From NCBI RefSeq assembly GCF_000179635.2, contig NC_014833.1, positions 2,790,001 to 2,822,000 of the forward strand: a DNA stretch of 32,000 nt, written 5' to 3'. This document shows positions 8,409-16,701 of this stretch, one piece after another. Origin of the DNA: Ruminococcus albus 7 = DSM 20455. GTDB taxonomy: Bacteria; Bacillota; Clostridia; Oscillospirales; Ruminococcaceae. The notes under the pieces are model-generated. The model searched no databases, was not told the DNA's origin, and saw only the letters and a list, made by a program, of their open reading frames with translations. Position 1 is the stretch's first letter, and each line of letters starts with the position of its first letter. The position numbers and the translations under genes were made by a program.

Positions 8409-9905
8409 ATGAAAAAGAAAAAAGACAGATCAGGGGCTTCTGAGGAACTAAAGGATATGATCTCTCATGCCATGGTGAACAAGAAAAACGGCGAAGCTGA
8501 TGACGAATTGCTGTCAAGCATCGCCAAAGCCAAGAAAAACAAAGAAGCACACGCATCAGACAGCGGTACAAATAACACCAAGGGCAAAAAAGACCGTGAG
8601 ATACATAATGATGATACAGAATACAAGGAAAGACGATTTCCATTGAGATTTCCCCGCAGATGGAGCCTGCGAAAGAAAACAGGCGTCACGCTGGGTATAA
8701 TCTTTCTGGTGCTCGTGCTGGTCATGGCACTCATCGTATTTCTTTTCTTCCACTACACAGGGATGCTGAAGGAACGCGATAATTCAAAAAGGACTGCCAA
8801 GCCGCCTGTAGACAGCCGTGACTTAGTTGATGAGGAGGATACCTTCGACCCTGCAGCCAAGGAAAAAGAGCTGCGTGATATGCTTTCAAAGAAATCAAAG
8901 AAGATATCCAATGAAAAGGTAATGAATGTTCTGCTTATAGGCGAGGATATACGTGATACTGCCGAACAGGACAGAGGCAACACCGATGTTATGATGCTCA
9001 TTTCCCTGAATAAGGAGCACAAGACCATCACACTCACATCGCTGATGAGAGATACCTGGGTATTTATGGATCAGCCCAATATCGCCAACAAACTGAACCA
9101 GGCTTACTGGTACGGCGGTGCAGAGTATCTTTCCAAAGTCGTAGAGGATTATTTCAGCGTAAAGATCGACCGTACAGTAAAGGTGAACTTCCAGCAGTTC
9201 ATAGATATCGCTGACGCTGTGGGCGGACTTGATTTTGAAGTCAGCTACACTGAGGCAGTTGCAATGCGTGACCCCATGGACGAGCAGAACCACTATCTGC
9301 ATAATCCCCAGGGAACCGACTATGTCGACCTCAAACAGTACGGCAAGGACGAATCGGTGAACTATTACGATGTTGACGGAAAGTTCAGTACACATATAGA
9401 ATACCAGTCCGAGAAGGACAATACCATAAATATGCACCTTAACGGTAATCAGGCACTTGCTTATGCCCGTGTGAGGTACGGATGCGGCGATGACTACGGC
9501 AGGACAATGCGTCAGCGTGAAGCTATCAAGGAAATGGTCACCAAGGCGAAAAAACTGAATCTTATAGAGCTGGACGCCCTGATGAACAAGGTGCTCCCCG
9601 AAGTTGAGACCGACCTCACCGAAGGCGAGATCGCTGAGTTATTGCTAAACGCATTTGATTATATGAGTTATGATCTTCAGCAGCTTCGTCTGCCTGTTGA
9701 TGATTACTTCAACATGGGATTTGTAGACAACCAGAGCTGCCTTTTACTGAACACATGGCAGTTCCAGGCAAATGCAGCTATGCTGAGATATATGGTATAC
9801 GGCGACTGCACCACCGTGGAGGAAGCAAGGGAACAGTATCAGAAAGAGATAGATGACGGCACGTTCTATGAAAAGAACGACTTCCAGCCGCCGCAGATAT
9901 GGTAA
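8409..9905 (+). CDS. LytR-CpsA-Psr (LCP) family cell-wall polymer transferase
   Basis: Lys-rich cytoplasmic N-terminus, one TM helix, and the LCP core VMNVLLIGEDIRD...RGNTDVMMLISLN...SLMRDTWV...RVRYG. Confidence 0.8.
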   Translation: MKKKKDRSGASEELKDMISHAMVNKKNGEADDELLSSIAKAKKNKEAHASDSGTNNTKGKKDREIHNDDTEYKERRFPLRFPRRWSLRKKTGVTLGIIFLVLVLVMALIVFLFFHYTGMLKERDNSKRTAKPPVDSRDLVDEEDTFDPAAKEKELRDMLSKKSKKISNEKVMNVLLIGEDIRDTAEQDRGNTDVMMLISLNKEHKTITLTSLMRDTWVFMDQPNIANKLNQAYWYGGAEYLSKVVEDYFSVKIDRTVKVNFQQFIDIADAVGGLDFEVSYTEAVAMRDPMDEQNHYLHNPQGTDYVDLKQYGKDESVNYYDVDGKFSTHIEYQSEKDNTINMHLNGNQALAYARVRYGCGDDYGRTMRQREAIKEMVTKAKKLNLIELDALMNKVLPEVETDLTEGEIAELLLNAFDYMSYDLQQLRLPVDDYFNMGFVDNQSCLLLNTWQFQANAAMLRYMVYGDCTTVEEAREQYQKEIDDGTFYEKNDFQPPQIW

Positions 9906-9920
9906 ATAAACAGTAACTCA

Positions 9921-9960
9921 CGGCGCTCTTGCTTTTATGGCAGGAGCGCCGCTGTTGTAT
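9921..9960 (+). terminator. Terminator after the LCP gene
   Basis: 12-bp stem CGGCGCTCTTGC / GCAGGAGCGCCG (one G-U pair) followed by a T-rich tract. Confidence 0.6.
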
Positions 9961-10305
9961 TGCTGTTATCTTATAGCGGTAAATAAAAGAATAATTGAGC
10001 GCTGAGTCATATATATCAGCAACAGCTATATATCTGAAGTTTCCAAAAGCATCGTATCGAAGATGTTGTTATTCAATTGTCAAGAAGCAGATGACCTCTG
10101 TACAGTATAACACGTCGCTTCGTATCCTCGTAGTCATAGTCAGCGTCAGCCTGCCATCGTGCGTACAGTAGTCGATATATGTAAACGGCACTTATGGGGT
10201 GCCGGGAATTTTTTTGCATAAAAAAGGGCATTTTGAAGATCTTTATTTCTTATCGAATGGCGATAGGCGGGTCTGCCTGATGAACATACCCTTCTATATA
10301 CAGCG

Positions 10306-10347
10306 AAAAACTGCAAAAAGTTGTACGTTTTTGTACAACTTTTGCAG
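10306..10347 (-). terminator. Orphan terminator-like hairpin in a gene-free gap
   Basis: Stem CTGCAAAAAGTTGTAC (10311-10326) / GTACAACTTTTGCAG (10333-10347) with one bulge. The A-run at 10306-10310 gives a T-run only on the minus strand. No minus-strand gene lies upstream of it. Confidence 0.35.
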
Positions 10348-10489
10348 AAATATGTCCGGGTTAAATATAAAATCATTTGTTTGTACAACGTGTGGATGCA
10401 GGGTATGTATGAACTGCACAGTAAATATGGAATGGTTTATGAATTGCTTAACGTGTTCTCTGCCCTATGTTGAAGCTTCTGTCCCCGAG

Positions 10490-10518
10490 TTGACAAAACA
10501 TAAGAAAAATGTTAAAAT
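10490..10518 (+). promoter_or_regulatory. Sigma-A type promoter for the GT2 gene
   Basis: TTGACA (10490-10495), 17-nt spacer, TAAAAT (10513-10518). Confidence 0.6.
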
Positions 10519-10550
10519 AGACTATATATGACACCTCGGAGGTGTGGAGA

Positions 10551-11384
10551 ATGGAGAGAAATGGTGTCAGGCTGCCTGATTACAGTGTGCTCATGTCGGT
10601 ATACAAGGGCGAAAAGCCCGAGTATCTGAAAGAGTGTATAGACAGTATGCTGGGACAGACTTTTTTGACCAACGATTTTGTGCTGGTATGCGACGGTCCC
10701 CTGACAGATGAACTGGACAGAGTCATCGGTGAGTATGAGGAGAAATATGAGTTTTTCCGCGTACTGCGCCTGAAGGAAAACATGGGTGTTGGCTACTGCG
10801 CCAATGAAGGTCTGAAAAAGTGCAGGAACGAATACATCGTGAAAATGGATTCGGACGATATTGCTTTGCCTGAACGCTGTGAATACTCGATGTACCTGAT
10901 GGCAAAACACCCCGGTATCGACATACTGGGTGCCTATATAAGCGAATTCGACAGTGATACGAACGAAGAGATAGCTGTAAGGAAAACACCCTCGGGAAAT
11001 GCTGCTATCAGGAAGTATGCAAGACGGAGGAACCCCTTCAACAATCCCACACTGGTATATAAAAAATCGTGGGTGGATAAGATAGGCGGCTATTCAACAG
11101 TAAGGCGCTGCGAGGACTACGATTTTGTAGTGCGTATGCTGGCTGCAGGTGCCGTGGGAAGAAACATACCCAAGGTACTCGTGAGATACCGCGTCAGCGG
11201 CAGCAACTATGACAGACGGCGCAACTGGGCGAATACAAAGAGCTTCATCGCGGTGAGATGGAAGATACACCGTTCGGGTTTTTCAGGACTCTGGGACTTT
11301 ATAGTGACCACTGCCGCACAGCTTGTCATGTTTGTGCTGCCATCGTCACTTACCGGAAGATTTTACAAAAAACTTCTCCGATAA
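10551..11384 (+). CDS. Family 2 glycosyltransferase (cell-envelope polysaccharide type)
   Basis: YSVLMSVYKGEKPEYLKECIDSMLGQT...VCDGP...MDSDD (DxD) is a typical GT2 N-terminal fold. Start at ATG 10551, 6 nt after GGAGGTG. Confidence 0.8.
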   Translation: MERNGVRLPDYSVLMSVYKGEKPEYLKECIDSMLGQTFLTNDFVLVCDGPLTDELDRVIGEYEEKYEFFRVLRLKENMGVGYCANEGLKKCRNEYIVKMDSDDIALPERCEYSMYLMAKHPGIDILGAYISEFDSDTNEEIAVRKTPSGNAAIRKYARRRNPFNNPTLVYKKSWVDKIGGYSTVRRCEDYDFVVRMLAAGAVGRNIPKVLVRYRVSGSNYDRRRNWANTKSFIAVRWKIHRSGFSGLWDFIVTTAAQLVMFVLPSSLTGRFYKKLLR

Positions 11385-11584
11385 GGGATATATTGAATTT
11401 TTACAGTTCTTACAGAAATAATACAAATTGTTTCACAACTAGTACAGTTCTGTAAAATCCCTTGACTTTGAGAAGAAAAGTTGGTAATATAATTGTTGTG
11501 TCCCCAAAGCATATTCAGGGGATGCAAGGTAAGGAAAGCAAACGGCAGGGATACTGCCGATACAAAATAGTAAGGAGGTTCGGT

Positions 11585-13528
11585 ATGGAACCGAGTGTAA
11601 AGCTGTGCATGGGCTGCATGAACGAGCTGGCTGAGGACGGCAGATGTCATTATTGCAGCTATACGGATGATATCCCGCATCTGCAGGCTTATTTAGCACC
11701 GAAAACTGTGCTGGACAACAGATACGTTATAGGCAAGATGCTCTCATACAACGGAGAGGGTGCTTCATATATCTGCTACGATATGGTAGGCAAATGCAAA
11801 TGTGTCTGTCGTGAATATATGCCCGATACGCTGTGCGAAAGAGCCTCGGACGGGCTGAGCATAAATGTCAACAAGGACTGTCTGGCGAAGTACAAGACCT
11901 TCATGTCGGAATTTGCCGATATGAACAAGGTGCTTTCAAGGATGCGCAACCTGACACATATCGTTACCGCGAAGGATATGTTCGCGGAGAACAATACGAC
12001 TTATGTGATACTGGAATACGTCGAAGGCGTTTCACTGAAAAAGTTCTTACAGTCAAACACGGGATTCCTGACCTGGGATCAGGTGAAGAAACTGTTCGTG
12101 CCCCTGTTCACAACACTTAATATAATACACAATGCAGGGATAATCCACAGAGGTATCTCCCCTGAGAATATAATAGTTACTACCGACGGTGAACTGAAGC
12201 TGACGGGCTTCTGTATCAGCTCAATAAGGACTTCAAACACCGGAATGATGCCGGAGTTCTATTCGGGATATACTGCTCCCGAGCAGTACTCCTCATTACA
12301 GTGGCAGGGTACCTGGACTGATGTATACGCTGTGGCTGCGGTTATATACCGTATACTCACGGGCAATATGCCCCTCGATGCCAACACCAGGATACACAAC
12401 GATACCCTTATGGAAGCTAACAGGCTCAATCCGCGCATACCGCTGCATATATCCGATGCCCTGGCACAGGCTATGGCTGTAAGGGGCGAGGAAAGGACCA
12501 AGACTGTCACCGAGCTTGTTTCGGGACTGTTTGAGCAGCCATCAAGGATAGAGCATCCCAAGGGTTCTACACAGACTATCCCGATCCAGCACATCCCGCG
12601 TGAAGAAAGACGTTACCGCGACGAAGAAGATGAGGACACAAAGTACGAGAGCAGCAAGCCTGCAAAAAAGAGCAGCAAACTTGCTACGGTAGTCGGACTG
12701 TGCGTGCTGGGTGTACTGCTGGTCATAGGTATATACCTTATGACTCAGCTTTTCGCTCCGCCCGAAGATAACACAAATGCCGCATCACTTCCGGCATCGG
12801 AAGATATATCGGGAAACAACAGCGAAGAAGAGGACAACTACGAATACGGCACTGCCACCAGCGCTTCTCCCGTAAAGCCCGATGACGACGATACAGAGTA
12901 CGGCAAGGGCTCGATAATGCCTAACCTTGTAGGTCTTTACTATACCGAGGTCGAGAAGAAAATGGGCGATGAATTCACCCTGAAGCCCAAGTATTATTAC
13001 TCTGACGATGACGATCGCGGATACGTAAAGACACAGAGCATCCCCGAGGGTACCGACTATGACCCCAAGAGGAAGAACGAACTGGTGCTTGATGTATGCG
13101 CAGGACCTTCCGTTATACCTGTGCCCGACTGCACAAACTATTCAAAGAGCGATTATCTCAGCCTGCTCGACAGCCTGAACATAAAGTACAGCGTCGGTGA
13201 GGACTACAGCAGGACGGTTCCTTACGGTCTGGTAATAAAGACCAGTATACCTGCAGGCGGCTGGATAAATATTGAAAAGGGCGATATACTCACAGTAGTA
13301 GTCAGCCTGGGCAAGCCGCCCGAGACTACCACCAAGGCAAAATCACCTGATGACAGCGGTAATGACTCTTCCAAGTCAGATCAGATAGGCGTTGATACAC
13401 AGGATCCATGGGCTCCCCACACAGATCCGCCTGTAAACTCTGATGACACATCAAACGCCGATCAGCCCGTAAATACGGATGATCAGAACGGCGGTGACAA
13501 TGGCAACGGAGGAGTAGTATTCTACTGA
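11585..13528 (+). CDS. Zn-ribbon / Ser-Thr kinase-like (predicted pseudokinase) / TM / 2x PASTA membrane protein
   Basis: CMGC...CHYC ribbon; Hanks-type kinase fold (IIHRGISPENIIV, TAPEQ); TM helix LATVVGLCVLGVLLVIGIYL; two PASTA-like repeats (MPNLVGLYYTE...; VPDCTNYSKSDY...). Start at ATG 11585 (AAGGAGG RBS). Confidence 0.8.
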   Translation: MEPSVKLCMGCMNELAEDGRCHYCSYTDDIPHLQAYLAPKTVLDNRYVIGKMLSYNGEGASYICYDMVGKCKCVCREYMPDTLCERASDGLSINVNKDCLAKYKTFMSEFADMNKVLSRMRNLTHIVTAKDMFAENNTTYVILEYVEGVSLKKFLQSNTGFLTWDQVKKLFVPLFTTLNIIHNAGIIHRGISPENIIVTTDGELKLTGFCISSIRTSNTGMMPEFYSGYTAPEQYSSLQWQGTWTDVYAVAAVIYRILTGNMPLDANTRIHNDTLMEANRLNPRIPLHISDALAQAMAVRGEERTKTVTELVSGLFEQPSRIEHPKGSTQTIPIQHIPREERRYRDEEDEDTKYESSKPAKKSSKLATVVGLCVLGVLLVIGIYLMTQLFAPPEDNTNAASLPASEDISGNNSEEEDNYEYGTATSASPVKPDDDDTEYGKGSIMPNLVGLYYTEVEKKMGDEFTLKPKYYYSDDDDRGYVKTQSIPEGTDYDPKRKNELVLDVCAGPSVIPVPDCTNYSKSDYLSLLDSLNIKYSVGEDYSRTVPYGLVIKTSIPAGGWINIEKGDILTVVVSLGKPPETTTKAKSPDDSGNDSSKSDQIGVDTQDPWAPHTDPPVNSDDTSNADQPVNTDDQNGGDNGNGGVVFY

Positions 13529-13712
13529 TATCAAACGTTTTCGGAATAATGCATCAAATAATGAACTTCAACTTAAACGTTTTTGAAAAAATGTGAAAAC
13601 GTGCGCAAAGCCCTTGACAATCCGAGGGCTTTGTGTTATTCTTAGATTTGGAAAATGAGAAGTAAAAGGGCGGATACAAGTCGATTCGCCTATGTTTTTT
13701 GGAGGTATAAAT

Positions 13713-14675
13713 ATGGCAAAGAAAATCGGTGTTCTCACAAGCGGCGGCGATGCGCCCGGAATGAACGCTGCTGTTAGAGCAGTATGCAGAACAGCTCTTC
13801 AGAGAGGCATGGAAGTTGTAGGTATAGAGCGCGGATACAACGGTCTGCTGAACGGCGAGATCGTTGAGATGAATGCAAGGACTGTATCCGGTATCATCCA
13901 GAGAGGCGGTACTTGCCTATATACAGCCAGATGCCCTGAGTTCAAGACTAAAGAGGGCGTTGCAAAGGGTGCTGAGAAGTGCCGTGAGATCGGTCTGGAC
14001 GGCATCGTTGTTATCGGCGGTGACGGATCCTTCAGAGGCGCAGCTGACCTTTCTTCAATGGGTATCCCCTGCATAGGTCTTCCCGGAACTATCGACAACG
14101 ATATATCCTGCACTGAGTATACCATCGGTTATGATACCGCTATGAACACCGCTATGGAAATGATCGACAAGATCAAGGATACTGCACAGTCCCACGACAG
14201 ATGCTCTGTTGTTGAGGTAATGGGCAGAAATGCAGGTTACATAGCTGTAAACGTTGGTGTTGCTGTAGGTGCTGAGGCTGTTATCACTCCTGAGAAGGAC
14301 TATGACCTTGACGCTATCTGCACCAAGATCCAGAATACAATGAAGAGCGGCAAGAACCACTTCGTTGTAGTTGTAGCTGAGGGCGTTGGCAAGACCGATG
14401 AGATCACTAAGATCATCAGCGAGAAGACAGGCGTTGAAACAAGAGCTACTATCCTCGGTCACGTTCAGAGAGGCGGCTCCCCTACCGTTCGTGACAGAGT
14501 TGTTGCAACACAGATGGGTCACCACGCTGTTGAACTGCTCGAGAAGGGTATCGGCAACAGAGTTGTCGGCATGAAGGATAACCACGTATATGACGTTGAT
14601 ATCCAGGAAGCACTGTCCATGAAGAAGCCTTTCGAGGAAGAACTTTACGGTATACTGAACGAAACTGCATTCTGA
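13713..14675 (+). CDS. pfkA: ATP-dependent 6-phosphofructokinase
   Basis: MAKKIGVLTSGGDAPGMNAA, IGGDGS, PGTIDND and MGR motifs. Start at ATG 13713 (GGAGG RBS). Confidence 0.95.
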   Translation: MAKKIGVLTSGGDAPGMNAAVRAVCRTALQRGMEVVGIERGYNGLLNGEIVEMNARTVSGIIQRGGTCLYTARCPEFKTKEGVAKGAEKCREIGLDGIVVIGGDGSFRGAADLSSMGIPCIGLPGTIDNDISCTEYTIGYDTAMNTAMEMIDKIKDTAQSHDRCSVVEVMGRNAGYIAVNVGVAVGAEAVITPEKDYDLDAICTKIQNTMKSGKNHFVVVVAEGVGKTDEITKIISEKTGVETRATILGHVQRGGSPTVRDRVVATQMGHHAVELLEKGIGNRVVGMKDNHVYDVDIQEALSMKKPFEEELYGILNETAF

Positions 14676-14710
14676 TATGCGGCTGTACCAAATATATATG
14701 CGATAAATCT

Positions 14711-14746
14711 GAGAGCGTTCTTTTTAAAAGAACGCTCTTGTTTTGT
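14711..14746 (+). terminator. Terminator after pfkA
   Basis: AGAGCGTTCTTTT / AAAAGAACGCTCT palindrome followed by TGTTTTG. Confidence 0.75.
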
Positions 14747-14942
14747 AAATTTACTGTGAACTATATTTACGAAATGCGAAATCGTTTACGAAAAACTATC
14801 GTCCCGGTATTGGACATTTTGCATTATTCTGTCTTACAAAACAAAGCAGTATCACCATATTCATATAAGCCATTTATGCCTGAAGTACTTTTTTCACTGC
14901 AAATAAATATAAATTAAAACTATTACGCAAACAATGCAGTCA

Positions 14943-14971
14943 TTGACAAAACTTCGCGAAAACGTTATAAT
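14943..14971 (+). promoter_or_regulatory. Consensus sigma-A promoter in the pfkA-prfB gap
   Basis: TTGACA (14943-14948), 17-nt spacer, TATAAT (14966-14971). Confidence 0.6.
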
Positions 14972-15057
14972 TAATTTGTACTTGGGGAAGTATATTTTAT
15001 AAAGGCGGGGATAAGTCATAGTGCAGGGAATAGCACGGACGCATTCCAGAAAACAGG

Positions 15058-15090
15058 CGGCTGCAGCGCATTTACGCTGCGGTCGTTTTT
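15058..15090 (+). terminator. Intrinsic terminator-like hairpin ~120 nt upstream of prfB
   Basis: 11-bp stem 15058-15068 / 15075-15085 (two G-U pairs), 6-nt loop, then TTTTT at 15086-15090. Confidence 0.5.
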
Positions 15091-15207
15091 CGGCTGTAAA
15101 AAAGATATCTGAAATATCGGTAAAAATATTGCGTGAGGACTTTACAAACACGAGAAAATGTTATATAATATATGTGTATGTATTTTTGAATGTAAGGAGT
15201 TAATATA

Positions 15208-16344
15208 ATGGCAGTTGTTTTTTTAGAGAACCTTAGATCCGAGCTTGAAGCCTGCCGCCCTATGATCAGGGAGCTGCATGATGTATATGACATCGAGAAT
15301 GCAGCTGAGAAGATCGAGGAGCTTCATGAAAAGGCAGCAGAACCCGGATTCTGGGATGACCCCGAGAAATCACAGGTGGTATTGCAGCAGACAAGAAATC
15401 TTGAAGGCAAGGTAGAGCGCTACAACAAGTTCAACGGTGCTGCCGATGATATCGAAGTAATGATAGAAATGGCTGCCGAGGAGGACGAGGACACTCAGGC
15501 TGAGCTGGTAGAAGAGATAAAGGCTGAGCTGGATAAGCTGAAAGCCGATCTTGATGCGGCTTCACTTGAGACCCTGCTGACCGGTGAGTACGATCACAGC
15601 AACGCGATACTGAACTTCCATGCCGGTGCAGGCGGAACTGAGGCTCAGGACTGGACAGAGATGCTCATAAGAATGTACACCAAATGGGCTGACTCACATG
15701 GTTTCAGTGCGAAGATAATGGATATACTCGAAGGCGGCGATGCAGGTATCAAGAGCTGCTCGATGTTCATTGAGGGCGAGAACGCTTACGGCTACCTCAA
15801 GAGCGAATCCGGCATACACAGACTTGTACGTATATCGCCTTTTGACAGCTCAGGAAGCAGACACACCTCATTCTCTGCAGTTGAAGTAATGCCTGAGCTC
15901 GATGACACTATCGAAGTTGAGATAAGACCCGAAGATATCGAGATGGAAGTTTACCGTGCCAGCGGTGCAGGCGGACAGCACATCAACAAGACATCCTCTG
16001 CGGTAAGACTGATACACAAGCCTACAGGTATCGTTACTGCCTGCCAGACTCAGCGTTCCCAGTTCCAGAACAAGGACTACGCTATGAAGATGCTAAAGGC
16101 AAAGCTGATCGAGATCAAGGAGAGAGAACATCTGGAAAAGATCGAAGATATCAAGGGTGTGCAGAAGGAGATCGCATGGGGCTCACAGATCCGTTCCTAT
16201 GTATTCATGCCCTATACCCTGGTAAAAGATCTGCGTACAGGCTTTGAGTACAACAACGTCAAGGCTGTCATGGACGGTGATCTCGACGGTTTCATCAACG
16301 CCTACCTGAAAGCACTCTCACTGGGCAAGATAGAAAAGAACTGA
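15208..16344 (+). CDS. prfB: Peptide chain release factor 2
   Basis: SPF tripeptide (RISPFDS), GGQ motif (SGAGGQHINK) and PGFWDDPEKSQ. It is a single uninterrupted ORF with an AAGGAG RBS. Confidence 0.95.
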   Translation: MAVVFLENLRSELEACRPMIRELHDVYDIENAAEKIEELHEKAAEPGFWDDPEKSQVVLQQTRNLEGKVERYNKFNGAADDIEVMIEMAAEEDEDTQAELVEEIKAELDKLKADLDAASLETLLTGEYDHSNAILNFHAGAGGTEAQDWTEMLIRMYTKWADSHGFSAKIMDILEGGDAGIKSCSMFIEGENAYGYLKSESGIHRLVRISPFDSSGSRHTSFSAVEVMPELDDTIEVEIRPEDIEMEVYRASGAGGQHINKTSSAVRLIHKPTGIVTACQTQRSQFQNKDYAMKMLKAKLIEIKEREHLEKIEDIKGVQKEIAWGSQIRSYVFMPYTLVKDLRTGFEYNNVKAVMDGDLDGFINAYLKALSLGKIEKN

Positions 16345-16350
16345 TTTAGC

Positions 16351-16647
16351 TGCACGTAAGGGCAGTGTGCATATAGAAGTATATATTATTTATCGGGGGA
16401 TAACTTTTCTGAAGAAAAGTTATCCCCCGAACCCGTCTGCAAAGGCTTTGCCTTTGTAGAATCAAACAGACTTTTAACTCTTTGGGGCATAGGGTATTTT
16501 TTTATAAGGAAAGACAAAAGAAATAGAAGTTTTTGGAATGGGGTTTGGCATCAGTGAAGCTGACGCTTAGGAATAACCCTTTTTCAAAATGGTTTTCCAA
16601 AACTGGCAGCATAAAACTTCTGTATTAGCACACTCCCCTTACGTGCA
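16351..16647. repeat. ~297-bp non-coding element with ~30-nt terminal inverted repeats (MITE-like or structured RNA)
   Basis: Left end TGCACGTAAGGGCAGTGTGCATATAGAAGT (16351-16380). The reverse complement of the right end (16616-16647) reads TGCACGTAAGGGGAGTGTGCTAATACAGAAGT. An internal perfect 15-bp stem/tetraloop lies at 16395-16428. Confidence 0.5.
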
Positions 16648-16664
16648 ACCCTTATTTTTATAAA

Positions 16665-16694
16665 CAAAAAAGCCATGACATTGTCTGCCATGGC
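16665..16694 (-). terminator. Terminator after the DUF624 gene
   Basis: AGCCATG...CATGGCT hairpin (16671-16694), with the A-run at 16665-16670 giving a T-run on the minus strand. Confidence 0.65.
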
Positions 16695-16701
16695 TGATGT
16701 A

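Noticed and set aside
8125-8643. 172-aa minus-strand ORF, plus other overlapping ORFs (8465-8734, 8556-8753, 8753-9037, 8895-9437)
   Set aside because: They overlap the well-supported LCP gene or its upstream region and have Cys/Leu/Ser-rich compositions without an RBS. These are typical antisense shadow ORFs.
10146-10531. 80-aa (minus) and 110-aa Cys-rich (plus) ORFs in the LCP-GT2 gap
   Set aside because: The plus-strand ORF has a non-ATG (GTG) start. I saw no convincing RBS for either, their composition is implausible, and both run straight through the 15-bp hairpin at 10311-10347. I treated the gap as non-coding.
13592-13633. cre-like TGTGAAAACGTGCGCA box and a CAAAGCCC/GGGCTTTG hairpin upstream of pfkA
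   Set aside because: The box misses the cre consensus at a required A/T position. The hairpin lacks a clean T-run and overlaps a possible TTGACA -35. This is too weak to call.
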